Origin: an uncultured Gammaproteobacteria bacterium
GTDB taxonomy: Bacteria; Pseudomonadota; Gammaproteobacteria; Steroidobacterales; Rariloculaceae
NCBI GenBank assembly: GCA_963744305.1
Contig: CAVUTF010000033.1
Coordinates: 63,991-127,990, forward strand
Direction of reading: 5' to 3'
DNA length: 64,000 nucleotides
Both the position numbers and the translations under genes were made by a program. Shown here one piece after another: positions 1-9,819 of the stretch. The notes beneath the pieces were generated by a model. The model saw only the letters and a list, made by a program, of their open reading frames with translations. It was not told the origin of the DNA and did no database searches. Numbering within the stretch: the stretch's first letter is position 1; each line of letters begins with the position of its first letter.

Positions 1-410
1 TCAACGTCGCGTCGCAATGCGGTTTCACGCCGCAGTACGCGGGGCTCGAGGCGCTATGGCGCAAGTATCGCGGCCGAGGTTTCGCCGTGCTCGGGTTCCC
101 GTGCAATCAGTTCGGGCGGCAGGAGCCCGGCGATGCCGCGGAGATCAAGGAATTCTGTAAGGTCCAGTACGACGTCACGTTTCCGCTGTTCGCGAAGATA
201 GAGGTGAATGGCGGCGGCGCGCACGCGCTGTATCGATGGCTCAAGAGTGCGCAACCCGGCGTGCTCGGCACGGAGGCGATCAAGTGGAACTTCACGAAGT
301 TCCTCGTCGATTCCCGCGGTAACGTCGTCAAGCGCTTTGCGCCGTCGGATACCGCGGAGAAAATCGAGCCGGCGGTCGAGGAGTTGTTGCGCCCCTCGCC
401 GAGCCCGTAG
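1..410 (+). CDS. glutathione peroxidase (5' end cut by window edge)
   Basis: Frame 3 is open from position 3 and reads NVASQCGFTPQYAGLEALWRKYRGRGFAVLGFPCNQFGRQEPG...IKWNFTKFLVD. These are classic GPx/BtuE motifs. Stop at 408-410. Confidence 0.9.
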   Translation, partial: NVASQCGFTPQYAGLEALWRKYRGRGFAVLGFPCNQFGRQEPGDAAEIKEFCKVQYDVTFPLFAKIEVNGGGAHALYRWLKSAQPGVLGTEAIKWNFTKFLVDSRGNVVKRFAPSDTAEKIEPAVEELLRPSPSP

Positions 411-416
411 AGCCGA

Positions 417-429
417 AATTTGAAAGCAA
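417..429 (+). promoter_or_regulatory. candidate Ada box upstream of ada
   Basis: AATttgaaaGCAA matches the AAT-N6-GCAA Ada-binding consensus as I recall it from E. coli ada/alkA/aidB promoters. It lies about 70 nt upstream of the ada ATG, with a possible -10 TAAGGT at 461-466. Confidence 0.3.
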
Positions 430-499
430 GCCGCGGAGTGTAGGCTGCAAGCCGCGCGGCTAAGGTGACTCCATCGTAAAATGCGCTGGAGAGAATCCC

Positions 500-1582
500 A
501 TGAACAGTGTCAGAAAACCGGCCGCTCACTCCGTGGCCACGAGCCAGAACGACCCGCGTTGGGCGGCCGTGATGTCGAGGGACGCGGGTGCAGACGGCAC
601 CTTCTTCTTCTGCGTGAGGACCACCGGCGTGTACTGCCGCCCGTCGTGCCCGGCGCGCACACCGAAACGCGAGAACGTGGAGTTTCATGCGACCCGCGAG
701 GCCGCGGCGCGGGCCGGCTTTCGCCCCTGCAAACGCTGCAAGCCCGATCAGCCGCCGCTCGCACAGCGCCGTGCCGCGACGATCGCGGCCGCGTGCCGGC
801 GCATCGAGGAGACGGAGCGATCGCCGAGTCTCGATTCCCTCGCGCGCGAGGCCGGCATGAGCCCCTACCATTTCCATCGCACTTTCAAGGCGGTGACCGG
901 GCTCACGCCTCGCGCCTACGCCGCGGCCCGACGCGGGGCGCGCGTGCGCGAGACGATGTTGCACGCCGGCTCGGTCACGAGCGCGATCTACGACGCCGGG
1001 TTCAATTCCGGCGGACGGTTCTACGACCGCGCCGACAGCATGCTCGGCATGACCCCGACCGCCTTTCGCGCCGGCGGTGCGAGCATGGACATTCGCTTTG
1101 CGATCGGCGAGTGCTCGCTTGGCTCAATTCTCGTCGCGGCGAGCCCGAAGGGCATTTGCGCTATCACGCTCGGCGACGATCCCGAGACGCTCGCACGCGA
1201 GCTGCAGGATCGTTTTCCGCGCGCCAATCTGATCGGCGGCGACGCCCAGTTCGAGCAGTGGATCGCCACGGTCGTGGGCTTCGTCGAGAATCCGGCAGTC
1301 GGTCTCGATCTGCCGCTCGACGTTCGCGGCACGGCGTTTCAGCAGCGCGTGTGGCAAGCCCTCACGAAAATCCCGCCCGGCTCGACGGTGACCTACACTG
1401 AGGTCGCCGAACATATCGGCGCGCCGACGTCGCAGCGTGCGGTCGCTCGCGCGTGTGCCGCCAATCCGATCGCGCTCGCGATCCCCTGTCATCGCGTCGT
1501 GCGCCACGACGGTGGATTGTCGGGCTACCGCTGGGGCGTCGAACGCAAGCGCGCGCTCATCGAGCGTGAAGCGCGCAGATGA
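500..1582 (+). CDS. ada: bifunctional transcriptional activator / methylated-DNA-[protein]-cysteine S-methyltransferase Ada
   Basis: The N-terminal Zn domain reads FFFCVRTTGVYCRPSCPAR...FRPCKRCKPD. An AraC-type HTH follows (MSPYHFHRTFKAVTG), and the C-terminal MGMT domain carries the IPCHRVV active site. RBS GGAGAG at 488-493. Confidence 0.93.
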   Translation: MNSVRKPAAHSVATSQNDPRWAAVMSRDAGADGTFFFCVRTTGVYCRPSCPARTPKRENVEFHATREAAARAGFRPCKRCKPDQPPLAQRRAATIAAACRRIEETERSPSLDSLAREAGMSPYHFHRTFKAVTGLTPRAYAAARRGARVRETMLHAGSVTSAIYDAGFNSGGRFYDRADSMLGMTPTAFRAGGASMDIRFAIGECSLGSILVAASPKGICAITLGDDPETLARELQDRFPRANLIGGDAQFEQWIATVVGFVENPAVGLDLPLDVRGTAFQQRVWQALTKIPPGSTVTYTEVAEHIGAPTSQRAVARACAANPIALAIPCHRVVRHDGGLSGYRWGVERKRALIEREARR

Positions 1583-2325
1583 GCGCGTTGGCCGCAAACG
1601 TCGCAATCCGTCCCGCGAACGATCTCGCCGCCCGCGTGAGCGCGCTCGACTGGCGCACGCTCACGGCGAGCCTCGAAGCTCGCGGCTACGCGCATGTCCA
1701 AGGGCTCCTCGCCGGCGAGGAATGTCGACAGCTCGCCGAGCTCTACGACGACGAACGGCACTTTCGCAAGCGCGTAGTGATGGCGCGTCATGGTTTCGGC
1801 CGCGGCGAGTACCAATACTTCACGTATCCGCTGCCGCCATCGGTGGCAGAGCTGCGCGCCACGTTCTATCCGCGCCTCGCGCCCGTCGCGAATCGCTGGA
1901 GTGAGCAGCTGCGCGCCGCAACGCGCTACCCCGAAAGGCATGCGGAGTTCCTCGCACGCTGTCACGCGGCCGGGCAGACGCAGCCCACGCCGCTCCTGCT
2001 TCACTATGGCGCCGACGACTACAACTGTCTGCATCAGGATTTGTATGGAGAGCACGTTTTTCCCCTGCAGGCGACGTTGCTCTTGTCGCAGCCTGGCAAA
2101 GATTTCCGCGGCGGCGAATTCGTGCTCACGGAACAGCGCCCGCGGATGCAGTCGCGGGCCCAGGTCGTGCCGCTCGCGCTCGGCGATGCGGTAATCTTCG
2201 CCGTTCGGCATCGTCCCGTGCACGGAGCGCGCGGTTTCTATCGCGTCAGCGTGCGCCACGGAATCAGCCATGTAGCAAGCGGACGCCGTCGCACCTTGGG
2301 CATCATTTTTCATGACGCGGCGTGA
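1579..2325 (+). CDS. 2OG-Fe(II) oxygenase family protein (function unknown) embedded in the ada-alkB operon
   Basis: ATGA start/stop overlap with ada. HxD motif (LHQD), a distal His (RHGISH) and a basic residue before IIFHD fit the 2OG-dioxygenase pattern. Codon position 3 is GC-rich. Confidence 0.7.
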   Translation: MSALAANVAIRPANDLAARVSALDWRTLTASLEARGYAHVQGLLAGEECRQLAELYDDERHFRKRVVMARHGFGRGEYQYFTYPLPPSVAELRATFYPRLAPVANRWSEQLRAATRYPERHAEFLARCHAAGQTQPTPLLLHYGADDYNCLHQDLYGEHVFPLQATLLLSQPGKDFRGGEFVLTEQRPRMQSRAQVVPLALGDAVIFAVRHRPVHGARGFYRVSVRHGISHVASGRRRTLGIIFHDAA

Positions 2326-2340
2326 GCGGAAGACACACCA

Positions 2341-2994
2341 TTGACGCTGAGCCTTTTCGCCGACTCACCTGCTAGCCCGCCGCGTGCGGAGCCGCTTGCG
2401 CCGGGCGCAACCGTGCTGCGCGGCTTCGCGGCGCCGCATTCGGACGCGTTACTGCGCGCGGTTCGCGGCGTCATCGCTCAAGCACCGCTGCGCCGCATGG
2501 TCACGCCGAGCGGTCACACGATGTCGGTGGCGATGACGAATTGCGGCGCGGCAGGCTGGGTGACCGATCGCACGGGCTATCGCTACACGGCCGTCGATCC
2601 GGAAACGGACCGCGCGTGGCCTCCGATGCCTCTCGCCTTTGCGGAGCTCGCCGAAACCGCGGCGGCCGCGGCGGGGTTCCCTGCTTTCGCGCCCGATGCC
2701 TGCTTGATCAATTGCTACGAGCCGGAAGCTCGCCTGTCGCTGCACCAGGACAAGGACGAGAGCGACTTCACGGCACCGATCGTATCCGTTTCTCTCGGAC
2801 TGCCGGCCGTGTTTCTGTTCGGCGGGATGCGCCGGACGGAGCGGCCCCAGCGCGTCCCGCTCGCGCACGGCGACGTCGTGGTCTGGGGCGGGCCGGCGCG
2901 GCTGCGCCACCACGGCGTGCTGCCGCTCGCAGACGGCGAGCATTCGCTGACCGGGCGGCAGCGCATCAACCTCACCTTGCGCAAGGCGTTCTGA
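2341..2994 (+). CDS. alkB: alpha-ketoglutarate-dependent DNA/RNA dioxygenase AlkB
   Basis: TTG start. (M)TLSLFAD...LAPGATVLRGFA parallels the E. coli AlkB N-terminus. INCYEPEARLSLHQDKDE (HxD), VVWGGPARLRHHGV and RINLTLRKA are conserved AlkB blocks. Confidence 0.9.
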   Translation: MTLSLFADSPASPPRAEPLAPGATVLRGFAAPHSDALLRAVRGVIAQAPLRRMVTPSGHTMSVAMTNCGAAGWVTDRTGYRYTAVDPETDRAWPPMPLAFAELAETAAAAAGFPAFAPDACLINCYEPEARLSLHQDKDESDFTAPIVSVSLGLPAVFLFGGMRRTERPQRVPLAHGDVVVWGGPARLRHHGVLPLADGEHSLTGRQRINLTLRKAF

Positions 2995-2996
2995 CT

Positions 2997-3551
2997 ATGG
3001 ATCTTGCGACGCTGCAACTCACGACGGCACGACTGATCCTGCGCCCGCCGCGCGGCGAAGACTTCGAGCCGTGGGCGCAGGTGATAGGCGACGCCGAGAC
3101 CGCGCGCTTCATCGGCGGCCAGCAGCCGCGGAACACCGCGTGGCGCAGCGCGATGGCGGTCGCCGGCGCGTGGTATCTGCAAGGCTTCGCGATGTTCTCG
3201 GTGCTCGAGCGACGATCCGGCCTCTGGATCGGTCGCGTCGGACCGTGGATGCCGGACGGGTGGCCCGGAACCGAGGTCGGCTGGGTGATCGCGCGTGATT
3301 GCTGGGGCAAGGGCTACGCGACCGAGGCCGCGAGCGCGGCCATCGACTGGGCTTTCCAGCACCTCGGTTGGAACGAGGTAATCCACGTGATCGATGACGA
3401 GAACCTCGCCTCGCAGCGCGTCGCGATCAAGCTTGGCTCGCAGAATCGCGGACCGGGCCGCCTACCGCCACCCTACGACGGCCATAGGGTCGACATCTGG
3501 GGCCAGACGAAACAACAGTGGCAGTCTAGAGCGACGCCGGGAAACGCCTGA
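2997..3551 (+). CDS. GNAT family N-acetyltransferase (RimJ/RimL-like)
   Basis: ATG lies 2 nt after the alkB stop. TARLILRPPRGEDFEPW...WGKGYATEAASAAIDWAF is a typical GNAT acetyl-CoA fold pattern. Confidence 0.8.
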   Translation: MDLATLQLTTARLILRPPRGEDFEPWAQVIGDAETARFIGGQQPRNTAWRSAMAVAGAWYLQGFAMFSVLERRSGLWIGRVGPWMPDGWPGTEVGWVIARDCWGKGYATEAASAAIDWAFQHLGWNEVIHVIDDENLASQRVAIKLGSQNRGPGRLPPPYDGHRVDIWGQTKQQWQSRATPGNA

Positions 3552-4545
3552 AAACTTTGCGCACGTTGCCCTCGAAGATCTTGTGGCGATCGGCAGCGGA
3601 TAGCTTCTCGTTGCCGTCGATGTAGCGCTTCGTGTCGTCGAAGTAATGACCGGTTTCCGGGTCGATGCCGCGCACTGCGCCGACCATCTCCGAAGCGAAC
3701 AGGATGTTGTCTATCGGAATGACGTCGAGCAAGAGGTCGATGCCGGGTTGATGATAGACACACGTGTCGAAGTACACGTTGTTCAGCACGGATTCGGCGA
3801 GAGGCGGCCGTTTCAACATGTCGGCGAGCCCGCGGAAGCGGCCCCAGTGATAGGGCACCGCGCCGCCGCCGTGCGGAATGATGAGCTTCAGCTCCGGAAA
3901 ATCCTTGAAGATGTCGGACGTCATCATCTGCATGAACGCGACGGTGTCTGCGGCAAGGTAATACGAGCCCGTGGTCTGAAAATACGGCGTGTTGCACGCC
4001 TCACTCACATGAATCATCGCGGGCACGCCGAGCTCGCACATCTTCTCGTACAGCGGATACCAGTGCCGATCGCTCAAGCTCGGTCCGTTGAAAAAACCGC
4101 CGCTCGTGTCGGGGTTCAGGTTGCACCCCACAAAACCGAGCTCTTCGACACAGCGTGACAGCTCGCGCACGGACGAGGCGATCGGCGCGCCGGGCGACTG
4201 CGGTAGCTGCGCGACACCGACGAAGTTCTTCGGATACAGCTTCGTGAGCCGATAGATCAGATCGTTACAATGCTCGGTCCACGCCTTGCTCGTGGACTCG
4301 TTGCCGATGTGATGACCCATCCAGCTCGCGCGGGGCGAGAAGATCGTGACGTCCGTGCCGCGTTCGCGCTGCAGCTTCAGCTGCGCGTTCTCCACGCTTT
4401 CGCGCAGCTGATCGTCCGTGATGCTCAAGGTTCCTTTCGTCGCTTGATGTTGTGGATTCTTCTTAAGCTCCGCCTTTTGCTTGTCGCGATACTCGCCGAG
4501 CTCTTTAGGGCCGGTGGTGTAATGTCCGTGGCAATCGATGATCAT
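3526..4545 (-). CDS. amidohydrolase-2 family protein, LigJ-like (possible 4-oxalomesaconate hydratase)
   Basis: MIIDCHGH..., RHWYPLYEKMCELGVPAMIH, HGGGAVPYHWGRF, YFDTCVY, LFASE and KIFEGNVRKVF follow the ACMSD/LigJ metal-dependent hydrolase pattern as I remember LigJ. The exact substrate is not provable here. Confidence 0.75.
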   Translation of the reverse strand: MIIDCHGHYTTGPKELGEYRDKQKAELKKNPQHQATKGTLSITDDQLRESVENAQLKLQRERGTDVTIFSPRASWMGHHIGNESTSKAWTEHCNDLIYRLTKLYPKNFVGVAQLPQSPGAPIASSVRELSRCVEELGFVGCNLNPDTSGGFFNGPSLSDRHWYPLYEKMCELGVPAMIHVSEACNTPYFQTTGSYYLAADTVAFMQMMTSDIFKDFPELKLIIPHGGGAVPYHWGRFRGLADMLKRPPLAESVLNNVYFDTCVYHQPGIDLLLDVIPIDNILFASEMVGAVRGIDPETGHYFDDTKRYIDGNEKLSAADRHKIFEGNVRKVFRRFPASL

Positions 4546-4841
4546 CGGTAACTACTCAACCAAGTCTTCGACCACAAGACGGTAGTGTAAACACGCCAAG
4601 CGCGCGCCGTCTCGCCTTCGCGCTTGATAGGCTTCGAGCTCGCGACTAGCTCAAGGAAACCGACGTGCTGGAGGTCAGCTGCAGCCGCGGCGGCGGCGCG
4701 CAGTTCGTGAGCCGCGCTTTTGCACCAAGGCGCCCGTCGGTGTCGATCTTTCCGCGGAAAACGTCGCGCTCGCACGCTCGCGGACACGACATTCGCACCG
4801 CCTGCGCCGCCCCGGCGGCCCAGCCGCCTAGCGACGCAGCG

Positions 4842-5654
4842 CTATGCTCTTCCGCTGAGCCGTTCGAGCACTGCATCCGCCGCGGCGCCCGACGGGACGT
4901 CGATGCCGAAGGTCGACGAAAGCACGTCGCGCAGCTCCGCGCCCGATCGCAAATCCCGCTCCTCCGTGCTGCCGTCGGCGCGTCGCGTCGTGAAGCGATT
5001 GTCGAGCAGCGCGTAACGAACGCCGGCGCCCGGCCGGCCGACCATGAGGCACGCGATGAACGGCGACGTCGGGTGCGTCGAGACGAACCAGTTCAGCACT
5101 TCGATGTCGATTTGCCGCTGCTGCTGCAGGTCGAAGCGGTAGAGCGTCTTGCGAGCATCCCGCAGCTCCGCTTCGACCGCGAACTCGGCTCCGTACTGCA
5201 CGATGCGGAACGTCTCATGCGGCGTCGTTTGCGCCACACCGGGCTCCAAGCGCAGCGGCGCAGTCATCGTGAGTCCGCCGAACCCGACGTCCGCGATATA
5301 GGGACCTTCGCCGAGCTGCACGAACAGCAGCATGTGCGTACGCGCGCGCGTACCGTCGTCGCCGCGATCCCACACCACGCGCGCTACGAGCGTGGCCGCG
5401 TCGAAATTCAGCGCCCGAAGCACGTGAGCGAACAGCAAGTTCTGCTCGAAACAGTACCCGCCCCTGCGCTGCTCGATCAGCTTGCGTTGCAATGTAGGCA
5501 GATCGAGCTCGATGGAACGGCCGAGCAACGAGTCCAGGTTCTCGAACGGAATCGCAAGCGCATGTTGCAAATGCAGCGCGCGCAGCGTGTCGAGCGTCGG
5601 CTCGCGTGATCCGGTGTAGCCGATTCGACGGAAGTAGGCGTCGAGGTCCAACAT
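4842..5654 (-). CDS. arylamine N-acetyltransferase
   Basis: MLDLDAYFRRIGY...LHLQHALAIPFENLD...RGGYCFEQN (catalytic Cys) ...HMLLFV...YIADVGFG is the canonical NAT family. The start is taken at the internal ATG (5652-5654), not the 422-aa ORF. Confidence 0.88.
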   Translation of the reverse strand: MLDLDAYFRRIGYTGSREPTLDTLRALHLQHALAIPFENLDSLLGRSIELDLPTLQRKLIEQRRGGYCFEQNLLFAHVLRALNFDAATLVARVVWDRGDDGTRARTHMLLFVQLGEGPYIADVGFGGLTMTAPLRLEPGVAQTTPHETFRIVQYGAEFAVEAELRDARKTLYRFDLQQQRQIDIEVLNWFVSTHPTSPFIACLMVGRPGAGVRYALLDNRFTTRRADGSTEERDLRSGAELRDVLSSTFGIDVPSGAAADAVLERLSGRA

Positions 5655-5717
5655 AGAGTGTCTGCGAGGATGCCCAACCGACGGGTGCGCCGCAACGGCC
5701 ATGTATAATCGCGGCTC

Positions 5718-6098
5718 ATGAATATCTGCTCGCGCGGGCTCATCTTGCTTGCCGTTCTCGCGATCACATCCACCGCCCTCGCCCACCATTCGGTCGCGCT
5801 TTACGACACCGATCATCTGACGACGCTGAAAGGCGTCGTGACGCGCATCGAATGGACGAGCCCGCACGTTTTCGTTTACTTCACGGCGACCGAGGCGGAC
5901 GGCAAGACCGCCGAGTGGTCGATGGAGCTCGATCCGCCGGTGCTGCTGCGCCGCTACGGTTGGTCGAAGGAAACCGTCGCTGTCGGTGACGAGATCAGCT
6001 GCACCGGTGCACCCGCGAAATCGGGAGCCAAGGCGATGCGCGGTGCAATCGTCGAGCTTCAGGACGGCACGCAGCTGCGCGTGTGGTCGCGCGTCTGA
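5718..6098 (+). CDS. family B secreted protein (uncharacterised; mature N-terminus His-His)
   Basis: The signal peptide ends TSTALA|HHSVALYD. Then RIEWTSPHVFVYF and LLRRYGWSKE follow. It is a paralog of 53019-53441 and of the N-terminal domains of 59435-60619, 7162-8304 and 60766-61809. Confidence 0.7.
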   Translation: MNICSRGLILLAVLAITSTALAHHSVALYDTDHLTTLKGVVTRIEWTSPHVFVYFTATEADGKTAEWSMELDPPVLLRRYGWSKETVAVGDEISCTGAPAKSGAKAMRGAIVELQDGTQLRVWSRV

Positions 6099-6108
6099 CC
6101 CGCGGCGC

Positions 6109-7119
6109 ATGCGTGTTTTTTATCTCGTCCTGCTTCGGAAGTACCTCGTACAAGCCATTGTTATTTCAGCGATGATGATCGGCGTCGGAAACGCTCAGGC
6201 GCCGCCTCCCGCGGGCTTTCCCGGCACCGCGCCGCAAGGGCCGGCCGCAACCATCGTGCGCTTCGAAGCCTCCGCGCGGTCGATCGAGCCGGGGGAGTCG
6301 GTGACGTTGCGTTGGGAAGCGCTGAACACGTATTCGGTCACGATCGAGCCCGAGCTCGGCGCGGTCGCGACGCGCGGCAGCCGCGCGTTGTCGCCGCGCG
6401 CAACCACGACGTACACGCTCACGGTCACCGGCACCGGCGGCACGAAGAGCGCGGCCGTTACCGTCACCGTCGCGGGCACCACAGCCATCGATGCGCCCGC
6501 GAACGTTGCCGCCGAGCTCCCTGTGCCGCGCCTACCGAACGGCCAACCGGATCTTTCCGGTGTGTATCTCGGCGGCCGCGACATTCGCATGGCAAGCACG
6601 ATTGCGCTCAAACCAGGCGCGGAAAGCTTTCGCGTGCCGCAGCGCGACGACGATCTCGGTCAGGGCGCGCAGTGCCTGCCGCCCGGCGTGCCCGGCGCGA
6701 CGATGTCGCCGTTTCCGCTGCAGATCGTGCACAAGAGCGATCTACTCGTGATTCTGTACGAGGCCTACAACATCTTTCGGATCATCCCGATCGGCCGCGA
6801 CCATCCCGAGGATCTCGACCCAACCTGGCTCGGCAACTCGGTTGCGCATTGGGATGGCGACACGCTCGTTGTCGACGTGGTCGGCTTCAATGACAAGACT
6901 TTGATTGCGGGGCATCGCCACACCGAAGATCTGCACGTCGTCGAGCGTTACCGCCGTGCGTCGCACGGCGCGATCGAGTACGAAGCGACCGTCGAGGATC
7001 CGAACGTGTTCGCGACGCCGATCAGATACTCCGGCGAGCTGATCCTGCATCCCGAATGGGAGATCGGCGAGTACATCTGCGCCGAGAACGCCAAGGACTA
7101 CGCCGAGCTCTTCGAATAG
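6109..7119 (+). CDS. family A secreted protein with N-terminal Ig-like domain (uncharacterised)
   Basis: A hydrophobic N-terminus is followed by an Ig-like segment (IVRFEASARSIEPGESVTLRWEAL...TYTLTVTGTGG). Family A motifs follow: QCLPPGVPGATMSPFPLQIV, HWDGDTLVVDVVGFND, VVERY and VEDPNVFATP. Confidence 0.7.
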   Translation: MRVFYLVLLRKYLVQAIVISAMMIGVGNAQAPPPAGFPGTAPQGPAATIVRFEASARSIEPGESVTLRWEALNTYSVTIEPELGAVATRGSRALSPRATTTYTLTVTGTGGTKSAAVTVTVAGTTAIDAPANVAAELPVPRLPNGQPDLSGVYLGGRDIRMASTIALKPGAESFRVPQRDDDLGQGAQCLPPGVPGATMSPFPLQIVHKSDLLVILYEAYNIFRIIPIGRDHPEDLDPTWLGNSVAHWDGDTLVVDVVGFNDKTLIAGHRHTEDLHVVERYRRASHGAIEYEATVEDPNVFATPIRYSGELILHPEWEIGEYICAENAKDYAELFE

Positions 7120-7161
7120 ACGGACCTAGCGGCACGGCCCCCGCGATCGTGTGATCTTCAA

Positions 7162-8304
7162 CTAGCGGACCGCGCAGTTGAACGGCATGACTCGGTCGCC
7201 GGGCACCCATGAGCGCTTCTGCTCGACCGGCTCGGTCAGCGAATCCGGAGCCGTGATCGTCAGCGAGTAGTGAAGGCGGCTGCCGTCCGCGCTCGGCGTG
7301 AAACGCTCGAGCAGTCGCGCGCCGGCGCCGAGCGGCACGCCGCGATTATTGATGTACTGTGCGTCGTTTATGCGACTCGTATCGATGACGAGCGTCGGTC
7401 CTTCCCAGCGGCCCGTCGAATAACCGAGCGCCGTTTCCGGTTCGGCTGCCGCGTTCGCGTCACTGCGCATGTGGATCGTTCGAACGGTGTCGTACTCCTC
7501 GATGCGCAGCAGAATCGTGTCGCCCCGGTCGACGAGCTCGATCGGAAACGGTTGGTTCATGATGTCAGGCATGCCCTTCGGCGTGCACCCGGGCGCCGTC
7601 GACTGCTCGACCGGATTGAATGCCGCAACGGCCGCCTGCGCCGCCGGCGTCAACGGCAGCGGCACTCTCGAAAGAGACTGCGGCGATGCATCCGGATCAT
7701 CGGGCCTGACGGAAGAACCGAAAACAGATGCCCACACGCGAAATATCGTGGCAGCGACCCGCGACGACCCGCGTCTCCCGTACCGGAGCGACCTGCCACG
7801 TAACCGTGCGCTGTATTTGCCCAGCGCGGCTTCGATCGCCACAGCACGAATTCCTGTCCGTCGGCCGACAGCATGTTCGTGCCGTACATCCGCACGCCCG
7901 AGCGCTTCGATGGCCAGCCGGCGACCTTCACGCGGCTGCCCACAGTCGAAAACCTCGAGCGGCATCTGCAAGCGGCGCAGATAGTTGAGACCGGACGTTT
8001 CGATCTCCCACGTGACGAGGCTGCCGTCGGGACCCGCGGATTTCACTTCGATGTGAGCATGTGGGTTCTGCCATACGACATTCAGAAGCTGCCCCTCGAC
8101 TTCGATCGTCTGCGCGCTATCAAACTCCGTGTACGAGTGATGCGCGGCCGCGCTCATAGATGCCGCGAAGCAGATCGAACAAGCGATGGCTACGGTTCGT
8201 CGATGTCGTGTTTGCAAGGAACCTCCAACTAATGCGCGATCCCAGTCGCCAGCGACGCCGGCGGCGGACTGCGGCGGCGCTAATATACTGTAGTCATGAC
8301 GCAA
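7162..8304 (-). pseudogene. family B + family A fusion protein, frame broken twice mid-gene (start uncertain)
   Basis: The N-terminal part reads SAAA|HHSYTEFD...VVWQNPHAHIEV. The C-terminal part reads GCTPKGMPDIMNQPFPIELV...RWEGPTLVIDT...LLERFTP. The linker is only recovered in another frame: ORF 7650-7943 gives VKVAGWPSKRSGVRMYGTNMLSADGQEFVL, which aligns to paralog 60766-61809. Confidence 0.6.
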
Positions 8305-8827
8305 GCCGAATATCCGTTACTGCCCGTCGTGCCGCACAGAGCTGACAACAGCCGAACATGGCGGGCTGCCGCGGCTCGCGTGCCCCGCCTGCGATTTCGT
8401 GCACTGGCGCAACCCGGTGCCGGTCGTCGCTTCGATCGTGGAACGCGCCGGCCGCGTCGTGCTCGTTCGCAGCCACGGCCGCCCGGAAACCTGGTACGGC
8501 CTCGTCGCCGGCTTTCTCGAGTCCGGCGAGACGCCCGAGGCGGCGGCGCTGCGCGAAGTGGCCGAGGAGATCGGCATCGAAGCGCGTCTCGAGCGGTTCA
8601 TCGGCATCTATCCGTTCGAGCGTCTGAATCAAATCATCTTCGCGTACCACGTGCTCGGCGGCGACGGGCCCATTCGCCTCGCCCAAGACGAGCTCGTCGA
8701 CTACAAGGAAGTGCCGATCGAGAAGCTGAAGCCGTGGCCGCAGGGTACCGGGCCGGCGCTGCGCGATTGGCTCGTCGCGCGCGGCTACCGTCCGGAGATC
8801 GCGCCGTTCGGCACGCCGCACGAGTAG
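8296..8827 (+). CDS. NUDIX hydrolase with N-terminal C4 zinc ribbon (apparent frameshift just after the ATG)
   Basis: The Nudix box reads GFLESGETPEAAALREVAEEIGI. Upstream in the same frame is YCPSCRTELTTAEHGGLPRLACPACDFVHW, with no start codon. The only ATG (8296) is in another frame, implying a 1-nt shift near 8300-8318. The secure core is 8399-8827. Confidence 0.75.
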
Positions 8828-8867
8828 CGCGCAGACCGGCAGCGCCAACTCGATCCGGCTCGGGCGC

Positions 8868-9809
8868 TTATCTATTGCGTCCTTTTTCTCGGTGAACGTG
8901 AACTCGCCGAACTGCGAGGCGCCGTCCTCGGTTTGCACGATCGCGTTGTTCGGATTCTCGCTGCAGTGCCAGTAGCCGATGCGCAGATAGCCGTCCGGGA
9001 TTCGGCACCTGCTCGTAGGTCTGCATCACGTACCAAGGCTCCGTCAGCGTCTGCGGATCGTAGACCCAAACGTCGGCGGTGACCGTGTCGGCGTCGATCT
9101 TGCGCCAAGCCTCGACGGTCTCGAGCTGCTCGGAGTACTGCGGATCGTTGCGGTGGAAGATACCGGCCGTGACCTGGCTCGTGTGAATTACGAGCGTGTG
9201 GCCCGACCAAAAACCGATCGAGTCGCCGTAGTAGAGCGGATAAGCGTCGGCAGCCGACGGATGATCGCGGCCGTCGGTATAGATGCGGCGCAAGTTGTTC
9301 GTGGTCTCGGAGAACAACCAGGTCTGTGCGGGCGTCACGATGAACTCGCGCAAGAAAGGGATCGCGAGCCAGCGCGGGTAACCGGGCGGGCTGCAGTCGC
9401 TGATCGGGTCGTATTCGATGTCCTGCGCGGAGAGCTCGCGGCGGCGTTGCAGCTCCGCGAGCGGGCCGGGCTGCAATTTCGCGGTCGTGAGCTCGGTGAA
9501 CTCCTGCTCCGGATCGAAGAACGGCCGGCCGGTGCGCACCCACAAACCGGTCCAATCCGGCATGTCGTCGAGCGACAGCGGCGTTCCGCCGTTCGCGCGC
9601 ATCTTGAGCGCCTGATAGAGCTCCGATGCGCTCGCATGCTGCAGCCCGAGCGCCACCTTCTCCTCGCGCGAGCCCGGCACGAGCTCGGTGCCCGCGCTCG
9701 CGGTAGCGGCAGCCGGCGGGGCGGAGTCGGCACCCTGCTCTTGGGTGCACGCAGCGAGAGCGACGACCGCAAGCGGTGCAACCATTCGAACGGCGCGGCG
9801 GACGTTCAT
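8868..9809 (-). CDS. family A' lipoprotein (uncharacterised), 3' end frameshifted
   Basis: Lipobox VVALAAC. Motifs are DCSPPGYPRWLAIPFL, RRIYTDGRDH and GDSIGFWSGHTLVIHTSQ. The conserved C-terminus (YLRIGYWHCSENPNNAIVQTEDGASQFGEFTFTEK) continues in another frame. A T5 run at 8883-8887 sits at the expected stop region. Confidence 0.6.
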   Translation of the reverse strand: MNVRRAVRMVAPLAVVALAACTQEQGADSAPPAAATASAGTELVPGSREEKVALGLQHASASELYQALKMRANGGTPLSLDDMPDWTGLWVRTGRPFFDPEQEFTELTTAKLQPGPLAELQRRRELSAQDIEYDPISDCSPPGYPRWLAIPFLREFIVTPAQTWLFSETTNNLRRIYTDGRDHPSAADAYPLYYGDSIGFWSGHTLVIHTSQVTAGIFHRNDPQYSEQLETVEAWRKIDADTVTADVWVYDPQTLTEPWYVMQTYEQVPNPGRLSAHRLLALQRESEQRDRANRGRRLAVRRVHVHREKGRNR

Positions 9810-9819
9810 AGGAGCTCCT

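Noticed and set aside
5655-6110. N-terminal extension of the NAT ORF (422 aa)
   Set aside because: NAT homology begins at the internal MLDLDAYF. The extension is antisense to the well-supported family B gene 5718-6098.
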